This document shows, piece by piece, positions 11,880 through 24,049 of a stretch of 64,000 nt of DNA. The position numbers were made by a program, and so were the translations under genes. The notes below the pieces were generated by a model, which was not told the origin of the DNA, did not search any database, and saw nothing but the letters and a program-made list of their open reading frames with translations. Positions within the stretch are counted from its first letter, which is position 1. Each line of letters begins with the position of its first letter. Source of the DNA: Phoronis australis (taxonomy: Eukaryota; Animalia; Phoronida); NCBI GenBank assembly GCA_002633005.1, contig NMRA01000013.1, positions 44,033 to 108,032 of the forward strand, read 5' to 3'.

Positions 11880-14620
11880 TCCAACTGCTTGACTTCCCCA
11901 GTCACAGCACGTTTTTCAAATGAAAACCCTACCATTGCTTTTGCAGCTTCTTTCAGCAAAGTCGCATTGAATCTTAAAAGATGCGTGGGCATATCTATTC
12001 TCATACAGGTCCAACAACTTCGAGTAATATTTCATAACCTCTGAAACTCTCACTGACATGATGGTATGCCTGACTAGACTAGTTCTGTCTACTGAATTTG
12101 GGGCATTTCGCCAGACACCCAATACACAATACAAATTTACAAAATCTGTCATGTAGGTTCAAGAATTGAGTCAGTGTGAAAACCCCACACTTCCAAACCA
12201 TTCACAACAATGGGACATATTTTTGTTTCGAAGAATAGTAACCAAACATTTAAGGGATATCTTTCAAAGTGAGAAATGTATTTTTCTACATAGATAAGAC
12301 CTTTCCTAGTCAGGTAAATTTGAATGAGTTTTTGTCCAGACACCTTGCGTAATAAAAATAAGTACCGGGATATGTATACAATGTTTCACACTGGTACGAA
12401 AGGTAGCGCAGACGAATGTAGTTCAACATGGGTTCTCACTTGTTAAAGAAATGAAACCGACGTCATAACATCCAGTCATTCCCATTGGTTGAGATCTGGA
12501 AAACCCCTATCAGTTTACAGTTTCTTGGTATGGCGACCACCGTTGTCTTGAATAGTTGCATTTTACTGAAACGGGTAATGATCGAAGTAAACAAAATCAA
12601 GGTAACCCCGATCCAGTGGATTAAGCCTAAACAAGCACAGTGCATAAAGGCGGATGCAAGTGGTGGCGATGTGATCGGTATACATCTCATCAAGTCATGC
12701 GCATTTATACCCACACACGAAATTCCGTATGCCGCTCATCATGTTTCTACAGGGCCACTTTTCAGTATAGGTGGCGCTTTGCCAGAGGGTAAGATATCTA
12801 TGGTTGTAACGATGATTCGTTCTTTGTCAACTGACTATTTCCCACACCTGTGTAAGTACCCACCTTTTGTGAACACCACAGTTTTGGTTTTTGATATGCT
12901 AATTACTAGTTTCATATTTTTACAACCCGTTCAAAAGTTTTTAATAAACTTTAACTCTGTGGCTTATTTAGACAATACAACAAAATCCCCTGCAAATAGC
13001 AATAGGCCTTTTGCGAGTTTATAACAATAACGCGAGATTATGTGAGACTTAACTGTGGCGTCACGGGAAGTGGGGCAAAAGCTTGTCGTTTGGTCATTTG
13101 CCCAATACGGTAGCAGAGTGTATTCTGTTATTATCTTCGAGTTTTTAGCCGTTTAGTTCGAAAAATGTCCAAAAGCATTGCTGTTATGGCAAATAAACTT
13201 CAGATTCGCACTACAATACGTTCTATCGCGTTCTGTACTAATTTCGTCCCGTGTATTTTAAACGGGCGGTAGGCGAAATCCGCTCACTGGTAAAGTTTTC
13301 ACCTCGTCGAAAATACATTTTACACCTAAAATTAGCACCTAAAAGGCTCTTACTTTCTTCAGTGACTCTTTCTTGCTTCTAAGCATATCTTCGATGAAGC
13401 ACATATACGGGAATTCAGGTGACTTAGGCGAAGAATTCCAACTCCACTTTGTGGTTACTGTTAACTTTGTCCGCGCGCGCGATTACCACAATCAAGTATT
13501 TCAACTGAGTCAGGTGAGTATGAGGCAAAGGCTAGCGCGAGACTGAGCGAAGCGCGAGACCTGGCGCGTGACACTTGCAAAATAGCATGAGAAAATATCA
13601 AGTGAAATTTGTAAGATTTGTGTCCCTTGGACTTTTTGTTCGTCAACAGGCGTGATTTCACGTAACTTCCTCAAAATGGCGGCTCTTTAGTGAGAGAAAC
13701 TCGAGAGAACCGCGAGGTTTTCATGAATATGCTCAAGTTATTTGTAGACTAAATTGTGTCCAGAGTCAGGGTATGTGTTAATTATAACTTCATGTGCACA
13801 TATGCATGTTTCATTTGATTTCATTTGCTGTATTTTGAAGTGAATATCTTTTTATGGGGATACACTATCGCCCCTGTATGCCTGCGCCATTCAGGCCTAG
13901 AGCGGGTTAAGTTCCAATTTCAGTCCGTTCACAGCTTCGCACAACATAACAAGGTCACATTTTCTTCGTCTATTCACAGTTATTCCACGACCCATCTACC
14001 ATATCTTAAGTTGTTTTAACGTTTTAAGCGTAAAATTCACCATAAGAACTCCAGCAAGTTTTAGCGTGTGTAGCAAAGACTCGGGGCAAAACAAGAGCAA
14101 TATGGCGGGTTTTGCCCCCTTTCCGGTGACGTCACAGTGACTAGCGAGAAACTCGCAAGTGAGCTATTCAACATACATGTAACTAATGACGTCGTTGTCG
14201 GTGTTCAATCGACACTGAAATTCCTCGATAATAAAAGGTGAAACTGGCATCCTTGCCTTACTGCCCACAAACAACCAAAATAATCTATAATTTTAGAAAT
14301 TTGGTTTGCCTGCACGCACTTTCACTCAATATTTTATACATCTTACCACATACATTGTGGAAAGTTTGTCTGGTCAATTTCTTTAACTCAAAGAATGGAC
14401 AATAAAAACGACAAGTGCTTGGTAAAAAGACGTTGTTTATTTTAGAATAACCTTTCCGGAAACCTACTTGGCATGCAGATAGTTTCATCATGACGGCGTT
14501 TTTCCATTGCTCCCAACTTGTTCGTTTCTATAGCCGAACAACTACCGGTGTTAATTATCTTAGAAGAAATATTTCCCATTGCTATCTTGAAATCTTAACT
14601 GTGGTAAACGTGCGCTGATA
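11880..14620 (-). mobile_element. Decayed LINE ORF2 (reverse transcriptase region), CR1/L2 group, interrupted by insertions
   Basis: - strand motifs in RT order: QVGFRKGYSKINNVF, AVRQGCQ, LLFAGDFVVLS (degenerate YADD), ISKTKTVVFTKG, YTYPGTIF, ICPIVVNGLEVWGF. Many stops and frameshifts. Confidence 0.8.
13004..14165. mobile_element. Non-autonomous TIR element with AT TSD (ISL2EU/PIF-Harbinger group)
   Basis: AT|AGGCCTTTTGCGAGTTT...AAACTCGCAAGTGAGCT|AT; splits the LINE RT between the QG and ADD motifs. Confidence 0.75.
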
Positions 14621-14685
14621 AAAACAACAGATATCTGAGTGCAAGCAACACGATGATTAATGTAAAACTCTAAAGCTAGGCGGAT

Positions 14686-15386
14686 CCACAGGCGTCCTCA
14701 GCTTCTGATCGTCCCCACTACACTATATATAATATACTACAAGGTATGACACTCTGGACTAGAAATTCCACGCTGCTTCACTTCACCCGTCCATAGCAAA
14801 CACAAAACTCAATGAATTTACACGAAACAGGAGTCTAACAAACCATGAGCAATTTTTATTTCTCCTAATACCATTTACTAAATCTTGCTTAACACAGTTC
14901 TCAAGAAATTCGCGGTCAAAGCAGAAAAATCTCTGCGTTCTGTCAGTATTCAGGTAAAAGGGTCAAGATCAAGTACGGTACGAAATAATCCGATCACAAA
15001 GGTAGCCTACTCTAATACCTTTGTCGATGAGTTACGAATGGACGGCCATTGCCGGTTCATCAAGTAAGGTTACAAAATGTTCTGTCTAAGTGCGGGAAAT
15101 TCGAAAAAAACGCGGAATCAAAGTCTGACACGACAGAAAACGCGTTTTCCACATGAAAAGACTGAACAGACAGTAGGAAATGCCTTCAAAAACACTCACG
15201 TCATTTCTTGGCAAGTTTTCTTCATAAAAAAATACATGTACATGTACAGATACAGATACATATACAGATACAGATACAAATACGTATACATATATATATA
15301 TATATATATATGTGTGTGTATATGTATATATATATATACACATATATATATATCGGGGGAAGATCAGAAGCTGAAGACGCCTGTGG
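14686..15386. mobile_element. MITE with ~30-bp TIRs containing a compound microsatellite
   Basis: CCACAGGCGTCCTCAGCTTCTGATCGTCCCC...GGGGAAGATCAGAAGCTGAAGACGCCTGTGG; partial second copy at 18887-19200; no clear TSD. Confidence 0.75.
15232..15353. repeat. Compound microsatellite (TACAGA)n-(TA)n-(TG)n
   Basis: Directly visible. Confidence 0.9.
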
Positions 15387-15980
15387 GTGTGTAAGCATGA
15401 ACACTTTCATCGTTGCAAACATGTGACACGTCGGAAAATAAAAGGCTCAATACATAGTACATGTAGCCTACATGCGTCGATGCCCAAACATATAAGCCCA
15501 CCGATATGTTTACAATCACCCTTTCTTCCGTTCACAGTCATTCCTTTGAGTACTTTAACACAAATACAAAAGTTCTCACAAAAATGATAGAAAGCTGTCC
15601 TGAGTTACGTAATCCAGTAGTTCATCCCTGCCGGCATTCGTGTATTTTATCGAACAAAAGTATGTCACAGCCAAGAGACCGACAGGTAATAACACCCAGC
15701 AATATCAGTTTCAATACTTTCAATAACAAAATCAACAACAAACCCAATGAACCCCTCGCGAGACAAAATATATCAAACCTACAAAAACACGTGTGTCATT
15801 ATCTGAGCATGTCTTGAGCTCACTAAATGGATAAATTTTGATGAAAACTACAATGCCACTGCTGTCTGGTTTTGGACGCGTTTGCCCTTTCCTAACGTTT
15901 ACACATGAGATATACCCGTCTGATTCAAAATCTTGGGCAGCAGCCCAGGTTTTCTGAAAACCTATTACATTAAGCGAGTT

Positions 15981-16144
15981 AAAATTTTGGTTGGTGCTTC
16001 AGTATCCAGTTTTGTTAACTAAACCATTAACATTTCAATTACTTAGCTTTAGCTCAGACAGCAAAATTTTGGTTGGTGCTTCAACATCCAGTTTTGGTAA
16101 CTAAACCATTAACATTTCAATTCCTCAACTTTAGCGCAGACAGC
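15981..16144. repeat. Tandem duplication, 2 x 82 bp
   Basis: AAAATTTTGGTTGGTGCTTCA...CAGACAGC occurs twice (15981, 16063). Confidence 0.85.
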
Positions 16145-16253
16145 TCTGTGTCTTGGCTTGTCTCCTAACTGTCGTCATTACAAAACTGCACGTAGTGTTG
16201 GTCGGGTCAGATGTATACTCCTCCACTGACGTCATCCGAAATGTCGTTGTAGG

Positions 16254-16409
16254 CAGTGCTGTAGTGGGGCGTAGGCGCATGTAGGCTCAGCCAACCATCT
16301 TCTGGCATTTGAACGTATTGCCTACGCACCGTAAGTTACATTCAATGCTCAAGGCGATACGGTGGGCTTTGGGCGCCTACTTACCTCTAATTTTACCACT
16401 GCAGCACTG
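16254..16409. mobile_element. Short MITE with CAGTGCTG termini (family of 30359-31098)
   Basis: CAGTGCTGTAGTGG...CCACTGCAGCACTG; both ends match those of 30359-31098 in inverted orientation. Confidence 0.6.
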
Positions 16410-16911
16410 GTTGTAGGTGCATGCTTTGTTTCTTTGTAAAAAGACCCACAAATATTTTCTTTGCTGAAAATTCTACAGTGATTCTGCATAGCCTTAATTG
16501 ACGATTTAGACTGTCGCTTTGATTTAATATGTTCATAAATACACACCATAAAACAGCTAACATTGAATTGGTTTAAAGAATTAACCTCAATTAATCAATA
16601 TCAGTGATGCCAACTGAAAATAATCTATGCAGCTCGGATTACCAGCATTATTATAACAAGAAGGCACACACTCTTAGATAGTCCTAGTTCGATATGGTCA
16701 TTATATGAAATGAAACGAGAAACAGGGCATTAATTTGTGATTGATTGTCACATATAGCTAAGTTATGATGAACGGAATTTTTACAAGGTATGCAAGTAGC
16801 ATCAAGTATAAAATCGACATTACAATCAACATCCTCAAACATAAACCCTAGCAAGTAAGGTGAGCTACGTGCACATTGATTTTGTCGCGAATTCTAATAC
16901 TTGGCCAACCG

Positions 16912-16992
16912 TGACGTAAGCAGTTGCGGGACCCAGGTCATATAAAGGGCCTAGTCACCATTCACCGTCATTCTGCGGCTCGCATGGTGTAA
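16912..16992 (+). promoter_or_regulatory. Putative core promoter and 5' leader of the SLC38A7-like gene
   Basis: CRE-like TGACGTAA 16912; TATAAAG 16941; Inr-like TCATTC 16968 (A is 29 nt from TATA start); uORF ATG-GTG-TAA 16984-16992. Confidence 0.5.
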
Positions 16993-17000
16993 GTGACATC

Positions 17001-17034
17001 ATGGATGTGGATTCTTTAGAGCTGTCAAAGTCAA
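17001..17034 (+). CDS. SLC38A7: SLC38A7/8-like transporter copy 2, coding exon 1
   Basis: MDVDSLELSKS plus A|gtaagt. Phase 1 joins in frame to 22516; TATA/Inr lie just upstream. Confidence 0.6.
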
Positions 17035-17868
17035 GTAAGTTTGACCACTTTTCATTTACTAGCACTTGAGCATCATTTCAGTTTTTCTGTAGGTAAGGTA
17101 TGGTGGAGATCCCGGAAGAAATTTAAAAAACATGTTTCACTGGTACACCTTTGGCTTTTCTCTGTTTTATTCTGTTAACTTGTTTAACAATGTGAAATTT
17201 CATGTCAAACAAACTTTGTTCATGTCACTGACTCCGTTGTTTTGCACTTGTTCAATTTTACTAAAACTGATACGTGGTCGCGTGACCCAATGAATAGAGA
17301 ATATACAGGAAATGGAGTCAATCATCAAATTCTACAGTCTACTTTAAAAATATGCTTTCACTGAGATAAAGTTTTTAGATGGTTGGCTACACTGAAAAGA
17401 AATGCCTTCATACTTCCTAGATATGAAAAATACTAAATTTCCATAAAAACAGGACAAATGCAAAATATTTTTTCCTTCAGCTGTACGAAAGCAACGCTTG
17501 TTTACTCTCTGTTATACGTACAATTGTCTTATATGATGCGACAGATAACCGTCCTACACCAAGGAATATGGAGTGTAACAATTACGTGTATATAATAGTT
17601 GCAGCAATGAAAAGAGTTCACAGTTAGAACGTCTAGTTGATCGAGGGCCTGGGATAAGCATTGGTGTGGGAAAAGCACCTACATGTGGACGAATGTTTGA
17701 CTAAACATGTTCCTGAGTCGACGTGGCATTAAAGCATAAGTGTTTGTAATGACTGGACATTACAAGTCTAAACAACACAGACCTAGGTTCTCCTGTCTGT
17801 ATCTCACGGAAAATACTTTGAATTTATCTCCGAACAGAACCCAAACTCCTGCTACTGACCATGATATT

Positions 17869-18608
17869 GTGGATTTTGGAGAATTATCGCCGGAGGGCTC
17901 TAGATAAGGGGGATAACGACTGAGAACATGTAATAATCTATTTATACCACATACTAAACGAGAAACATTGCAATGAATCGATTTACCTTTCTCGACTCGC
18001 CTCGGCTTTGTAACCGCTTTCTATGTCAGAGGCCGGGGTCGGAGGTCATGACCTTTTAAGAAAAGCCGAGTTATTTTTGTCAAATAATGCTTATACTCAA
18101 AACCAATTGGAAAATTAAACAAAGTAGAAATAAAGTGAATTTATATATTAAGGTTTAGCAACTATTATAGGTTACTACACATTTTATCACGACAAGCTTC
18201 GACCGGGAAAATATTGTCTCCTAAAGTAGGTTACCACTAGTAACTGACTACAATGCTCAAGTCAAGCGTTCCCGACGACACGATACCCGCATTCAAATTG
18301 GAGATCGGTGATAATATCGTTTTTATAGAAATTATGCGTCATATTTTTCATAGCGTATAAATATCGATGCAATGCCCTTTGCTGAACATGCGAGATTGTT
18401 GCGCGTGCTCATTTAAGTATCACTATTTTCACGGTCGATGACGTCAGCCGCTGATTGTTGTAGTGGTAAAGTTGGCGACTCGCAACTGTTGGAGCCCGAG
18501 TTCGAATCCGGCCTCGGTTTCCCGCCAAAACGTTATCTCACTAGTGAGATAACTTTATGGGTTATTACACGGTTGTATCTGCCATTCGAGGCTAATATTG
18601 TGGTATAA
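17869..18608. mobile_element. Terminal-hairpin element copy 3 (inverted, more diverged)
   Basis: Reverse complement of copy 1. tRNA-like cassette on + strand at 18450-18518 (box B GTTCGAATCC). Confidence 0.8.
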
Positions 18609-18886
18609 ACGATCTTATCAGAGATTAGAGCAATTATCGAACAAAAAGAGCTGACCCTCCAACCCTAATTGTAAGAATGGACTTAAAGGAGAATGCCACC
18701 CGACTTAATTAGACTTTTTGCCGTCTTAATCGGTCTATATTCACATCGCCTCGCAAACGGTCGACCTTACCTTGCCAAGAGGTGTCGCGTTAACCTGGAA
18801 GGTGAGAAACGACGCTAGCGACGTCAGTGGTTCATATGCAGAGTGAATGCCGCCATGTTACAGTGCATCTTTTCCGCTTGTCTGAA

Positions 18887-19200
18887 CCACAGGCGCCCTC
18901 AGCTTCTGATCGTCCCCAGTCCACTACAGATAATACTACAAGGTATGACACTCGAACCCGACCAGAAATTCCACGGGTGCTTCAGCCGTTCATATCAAAC
19001 ACAAAACTCAATAAATTTACACAAAACAGGGTTTCAGCTAACCATTACTAATTGTTTTTTCTTCTAATATCATTCACAGTGTCCTGTTCCGGCGACTTCG
19101 TAAGAAATTCGCAGTCAAAGAACAAAAATGTTCACAAAAAGCCCCCGCACACTTTTATCTTGGGCTGCTCGAGGTCAAGGACGGTACAGAAATTACCGGT
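18887..19200. mobile_element. Truncated copy of the 14686-15386 MITE
   Basis: Same left TIR and about 300 bp of internal similarity. Confidence 0.7.
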
Positions 19201-20281
19201 TTGTTGCGTAAAGTCACGATGTCGATAACTCTACACTTAGCCAGCAGGAGAAAAGCTATTGAGTACTTCCGTAACTCATCATTGATGACATTTCTGCTTG
19301 CTATGCCTGTAGTAGGAGGCATACTGTTTGCATGACATGCCACATTCATCACAAAAAGGAGTGTCTTCGTGCTGTGACGAAGTGTCGCATCAGGCTCACT
19401 CTTTCCGTGAAACATTGGTCACAGATAGGACACTGAATCGACTTGGTTCCTGAGCACGATGCTTCATGTTGTGTTTTACTGTATTGGCAAAACAACTCTT
19501 GAGCATGCAACGCGTCAATCACAGGGCAGGTAAAGGTCTTGCTTGTTGTAGTGTCACTGTGTTTTATTGCCTTGTGGTCATACTAAGTCGATTTCTCAGT
19601 TTCTGAACAAGTCTCAACAACATACACACACTCCTTTGTGACATGCAGCAGTTGTACTACTTTTTTGAAGGCGTGGACGTTAACTCCCTGAAGGACTCCT
19701 GGTGTGGCTACAATTCAACTGAAAAAATCAAAACGCATTCAGTTGTTTGTTTGGCTAAATCTCAATTTGAAACCATGAAAAAACGATGAAATGTAATTAA
19801 TAATCAACCCATCAACTAATTCAGGCTCCATATTAATCTAAAATTATTGACATCATACCGTGACTTGAAGGACTATTCAGGCCAATGCAGAGAAACAAAT
19901 GTGCGTTCACGATCGCTTTTTTAGCGATCACGATCGCCATAGAGAATTAACGACTTCGTTCCTGATAGCTGCAGGTACATGTATGCTTATATCTTTTATG
20001 ACACACAATGTGTGACTGGACAAAGCATTTTCAAAATAACGTGGATAAATCAGTGGAGTGTGAGACCCCTGAGATCCATGTCGTGAACACATCCACTAAA
20101 ACAAAAAACTGTAGGAACACCGCATTTATCCACCTTCACTCTTATCAGGCTTCTATTGTGAGTCAGCATGAGTGAATAATTGGCTGATAAGCCACCTCTG
20201 GAACTACTTTTGGCTGAATGGATGACCAGGCCATAAAATGATAATATTAGCCAAGACCAGTTACTAATGCAACAAAGAATA

Positions 20282-20968
20282 NNNNNNNNNNNNNNNNNNN
20301 NNNNNNNNNNNNNNNNNNNNNNNNNNNNNNNNNNNNNNNNNNNNNNNNNNNNNNNNNNNNNNNNNNNNNNNNNNNNNNNNNNNNNNNNNNNNNNNNNNNN
20401 NNNNNNNNNNNNNNNNNNNNNNNNNNNNNNNNNNNNNNNNNNNNNNNNNNNNNNNNNNNNNNNNNNNNNNNNNNNNNNNNNNNNNNNNNNNNNNNNNNNN
20501 NNNNNNNNNNNNNNNNNNNNNNNNNNNNNNNNNNNNNNNNNNNNNNNNNNNNNNNNNNNNNNNNNNNNNNNNNNNNNNNNNNNNNNNNNNNNNNNNNNNN
20601 NNNNNNNNNNNNNNNNNNNNNNNNNNNNNNNNNNNNNNNNNNNNNNNNNNNNNNNNNNNNNNNNNNNNNNNNNNNNNNNNNNNNNNNNNNNNNNNNNNNN
20701 NNNNNNNNNNNNNNNNNNNNNNNNNNNNNNNNNNNNNNNNNNNNNNNNNNNNNNNNNNNNNNNNNNNNNNNNNNNNNNNNNNNNNNNNNNNNNNNNNNNN
20801 NNNNNNNNNNNNNNNNNNNNNNNNNNNNNNNNNNNNNNNNNNNNNNNNNNNNNNNNNNNNNNNNNNNNNNNNNNNNNNNNNNNNNNNNNNNNNNNNNNNN
20901 NNNNNNNNNNNNNNNNNNNNNNNNNNNNNNNNNNNNNNNNNNNNNNNNNNNNNNNNNNNNNNNNNNNN
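20282..20968. other. Assembly gap (687 N)
   Basis: Run of N. Confidence 1.
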
Positions 20969-22515
20969 CTCCTCTTTTCAAATATTACAGTAAAAACTAC
21001 GTAAAACTCTCTCCATAAAAAGTACAGTCTGCTAGCTAGATTGTAATCAGCTGATCATATCCGCATGAGCGAAGCCAATTATCCTCGCTCGTGACTCGAT
21101 GACTAGAGCAGCTTGGCGGCTTCCCTTTGATCGTGAGCCGAGCGCGACTCAGCCAAGGTGGATAAATACGGTCTAGTTCAATTTTCCATACCCCACCGTT
21201 TACCTTAACCACTGGGGTTAGAACCAATCTTATTTAGTGGGAATGTTCATAGCATGTCCCTGTCAAGTCCTCACGACAATTCTACGTTATGTTTTGAAAA
21301 ACAAGCAAAAGCCAAGTACATGTATTATTTCAGGTCCACAACAAGGTTCTCTCTTACGCTTTCCTGTGTGTAGCAATCGTACCAAAGTGGCCTCTAAAAA
21401 TGACATTTAAACTCACCGGGTACGTCACTGGCGTCTGCCATTTTTAGTGCTAGGTCTCGCTCTCGATCGCCTTCAGGGCGTTCTCGATCACGGGTTGGCC
21501 GGGGTGATCAAGCATTGGAAATGACCTGTAATCTTTTCATTCGTCGATTTAGAAATTCTTTGATAAAAATCGCATTACGTTCTACTTTCTTGCAGGCAAT
21601 CGTGAACTTGGTTAGAATAAATTGGTCTCAGCTTCATGAGTTACCAAGACTCGTTAAAACTGCGGCACTCTAGCTAACTCATAGGTGCCCACGGTCACGT
21701 GACAGTGAAGATGTTTGTCGGCCATCTTCCTCAAACAGTTATACCTCTTTCACTTTGGCGCAGAGCGCTGCTCGACTTCTTTTACTTTAAAGAAAAATAA
21801 CAACAAAATGTAGTTAACCTGCAGCAAAAAGGCAGCTGCAAGTTTCTCACAAACGGATAAAGAGTCGGCGTGGGACCACATTTTTTCAAACTCTTAAAAA
21901 GTTTGGAAACTCTCATTTGAATTGACTTTGATAATCCACCTTTTACAGTCCGTGCCCAAGTTTGTCTTTCTTTGCCTAATTGAAAGGATATTAATAGAGT
22001 TTTTAGCGTATTTCTTTGCTCGCTTTAGGGAATATTGATTTGATCATTTCGTTTGTCACGTTGCTTCCTTTCAATCATTTCATACATGTAAACGACAAGG
22101 TTGAGATTTAGTATATTTTTAGAACATAACACATTCCCTCGAAATTAACCAATCAGACTGTTGCATGATGTATTATCGTAATACTTACAAGCCAATGAGA
22201 GGGTGTGTTGGGCACATGCCAGTGCATGAGGGACAGAGTTCCCACGAGTGATATGGTGGTGCACCACCGTGTCACTTCTGTGCATTACATGTATATCGTT
22301 CTGGTGATATCTTATGAAAAAACTACCCAGAGTTTTGAGGTGTGGCTTATCCGTTGTAGAGTTGAAGAGTTTATGTGATTATCTTCTCTGCTCCCCTCCA
22401 TTTCTAGACGCCCATTTCCAAATTTTTCCAATTTTTGATATTTAAAACGTTTTCAGTTTGGTAATTGCACTGTTTAAGCAAGTACAGTACATTGTTTAAA
22501 CTTTTGTTTCAACAG

Positions 22516-22700
22516 TTAACGGAAAATTCTCCAAGATCGACGATGAGGACGCTTGCGATGAAACTCCACAGAGACAAGGCATATTGTGGTATTCGGCTAC
22601 ATTTTTGTCAGTCAACTGCTGTTTAGGAGCTTCAACACTTGAACTACCTTGGGCTTACAACGCTGCCGGCGGTATATTGCCTGCGAGCTTAGTTCACTGT
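22516..22700 (+). CDS. SLC38A7: SLC38A7/8-like transporter copy 2, coding exon 2 (TM1)
   Basis: ttcaacag|...|gtgagt. Reads NGKFSKIDDEDACDETPQRQGILWYSATFLSVNCCLGASTLELPWAYNAAGGILPASLVHC, comparable to SLC38A7 [27 protein letters not shown]. Confidence 0.9.
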
Positions 22701-23850
22701 GTGAGTAAATGTACCAGTGGACCCTCAGTCTTCTTCAATATTATTTCTTTTATTACGGAAATCTTCCTGCTTCAATTTGCTTAACCAGTTTATCCAACAG
22801 ACTTTAACACAAAGTATGGACTTAATGTCCATGCGCAAATAAAATAGAGGACTTTTTCCAAGTGAAGGCCTTTCATCAATTGTTCTCATGAGTGCAAACT
22901 TTTTGTCTTTTCTTCCTGGTGGTACACCGTGGTTTACAAATAAAGTGAATTATATGACCTACATGCAAATGTAAACATCTACGTGACAATGAAGCATGCT
23001 GCAATTTCAAAATATTCCTATTTTACTGACATGTGACCCAACGAGTACAAGACCGCCTGCACTTATTTTTAGCAGGTCCACAGTCCGCATTACATACATA
23101 CATTGAAGGCTACAGAATATCTAAACCAAAATTTATTTGTTTCAATGAACTCCTGTCGACGTTTCCCAGCATTAATTCAATTTTTGGCAATTTTAAATCA
23201 TGGATCAGTAGTTGTTTATTCCTGCACACAAAGGCCTCAATTGCTGAGTGTATAAGTTACAGTCCAGAGGAGCGATGTCACATCCCATAAAACACGAAAC
23301 ATTTTTATTAAATTTGTATAATGCATTCGGCTAGATTGATTCATTGCCAACACACGGGCAGGAGAATGCATGCAAATACGTCACCCCATAGCTAAGGACG
23401 GACGGATTACAGTGTATTGTACCAGGGGCGGTACCTCAATTGAGGCGGAGATCGGCACCGACGGGTTACGTGTGGAAGTCGGCGCTCAACTGGTGGGAGG
23501 GCATTCACGGTAGAGAGACAGTACGCAGTTGATTGCGAGTGGGGGTGAAATTGACACGACTACTACAGTTTTGCCAATTCGGATAATCAAGCAACAACAT
23601 AAAACTTCGCAAAGACCACTTTCACGTAATTCTTTTTAACCCCGGAATGCCTTCCTACAGCAGGGATTAGTTAGGACGTGCCGCCAAATCGTGGATAATT
23701 TCTGAAATGACGTCCTGGCTGGGTAATCCCCCACCCCCTAACCCTCCTGGCCAGTTATAGCGATTGAGGTTGTAAAACTTAAAAAATAGGCCTACACTGC
23801 TTCAGTTAATTGTCCATGAATTTAACCAAATGATTACTGTTTTATTGTAG

Positions 23851-24049
23851 GTGGTGTTATCATTTATGGTGGGCGGACTTGTGATTTTAATCCACCTCAT
23901 GCTGATGACGGATTCGACTTCATATCAAGACATAATGTTGAAGACAATAGGATCTCTGGGGCACAAACTGGCTGTTGCACTGATGATAATCCAAGGCAGC
24001 GGGGTTTGTGTGACCAGTCTAGTGGTTGTGGGAAACCATTTTGAAAAAT
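23851..24049 (+). CDS. SLC38A7: SLC38A7/8-like transporter copy 2, coding exon 3 (TM2-TM3)
   Basis: tttattgtag|...|gtaagt. Reads VVLSFMVGGLVILIHLMLMTDSTSYQDIMLKTIGSLGHKLAVALMIIQGSGVCVTSLVVVGNHFEK, comparable to SLC38A7 FIISGLVIL...TYQEVV...FGTCIAFLIIIGDQQDK. Confidence 0.9.

Noticed and set aside
15077-15426. Overlapping ORFs rich in Y/I/C (also ~25410-25843)
   Set aside because: They are translations of microsatellite and low-complexity repeats.
20247-21004. 244/245-aa ORFs
   Set aside because: Artefacts of reading through the N gap.
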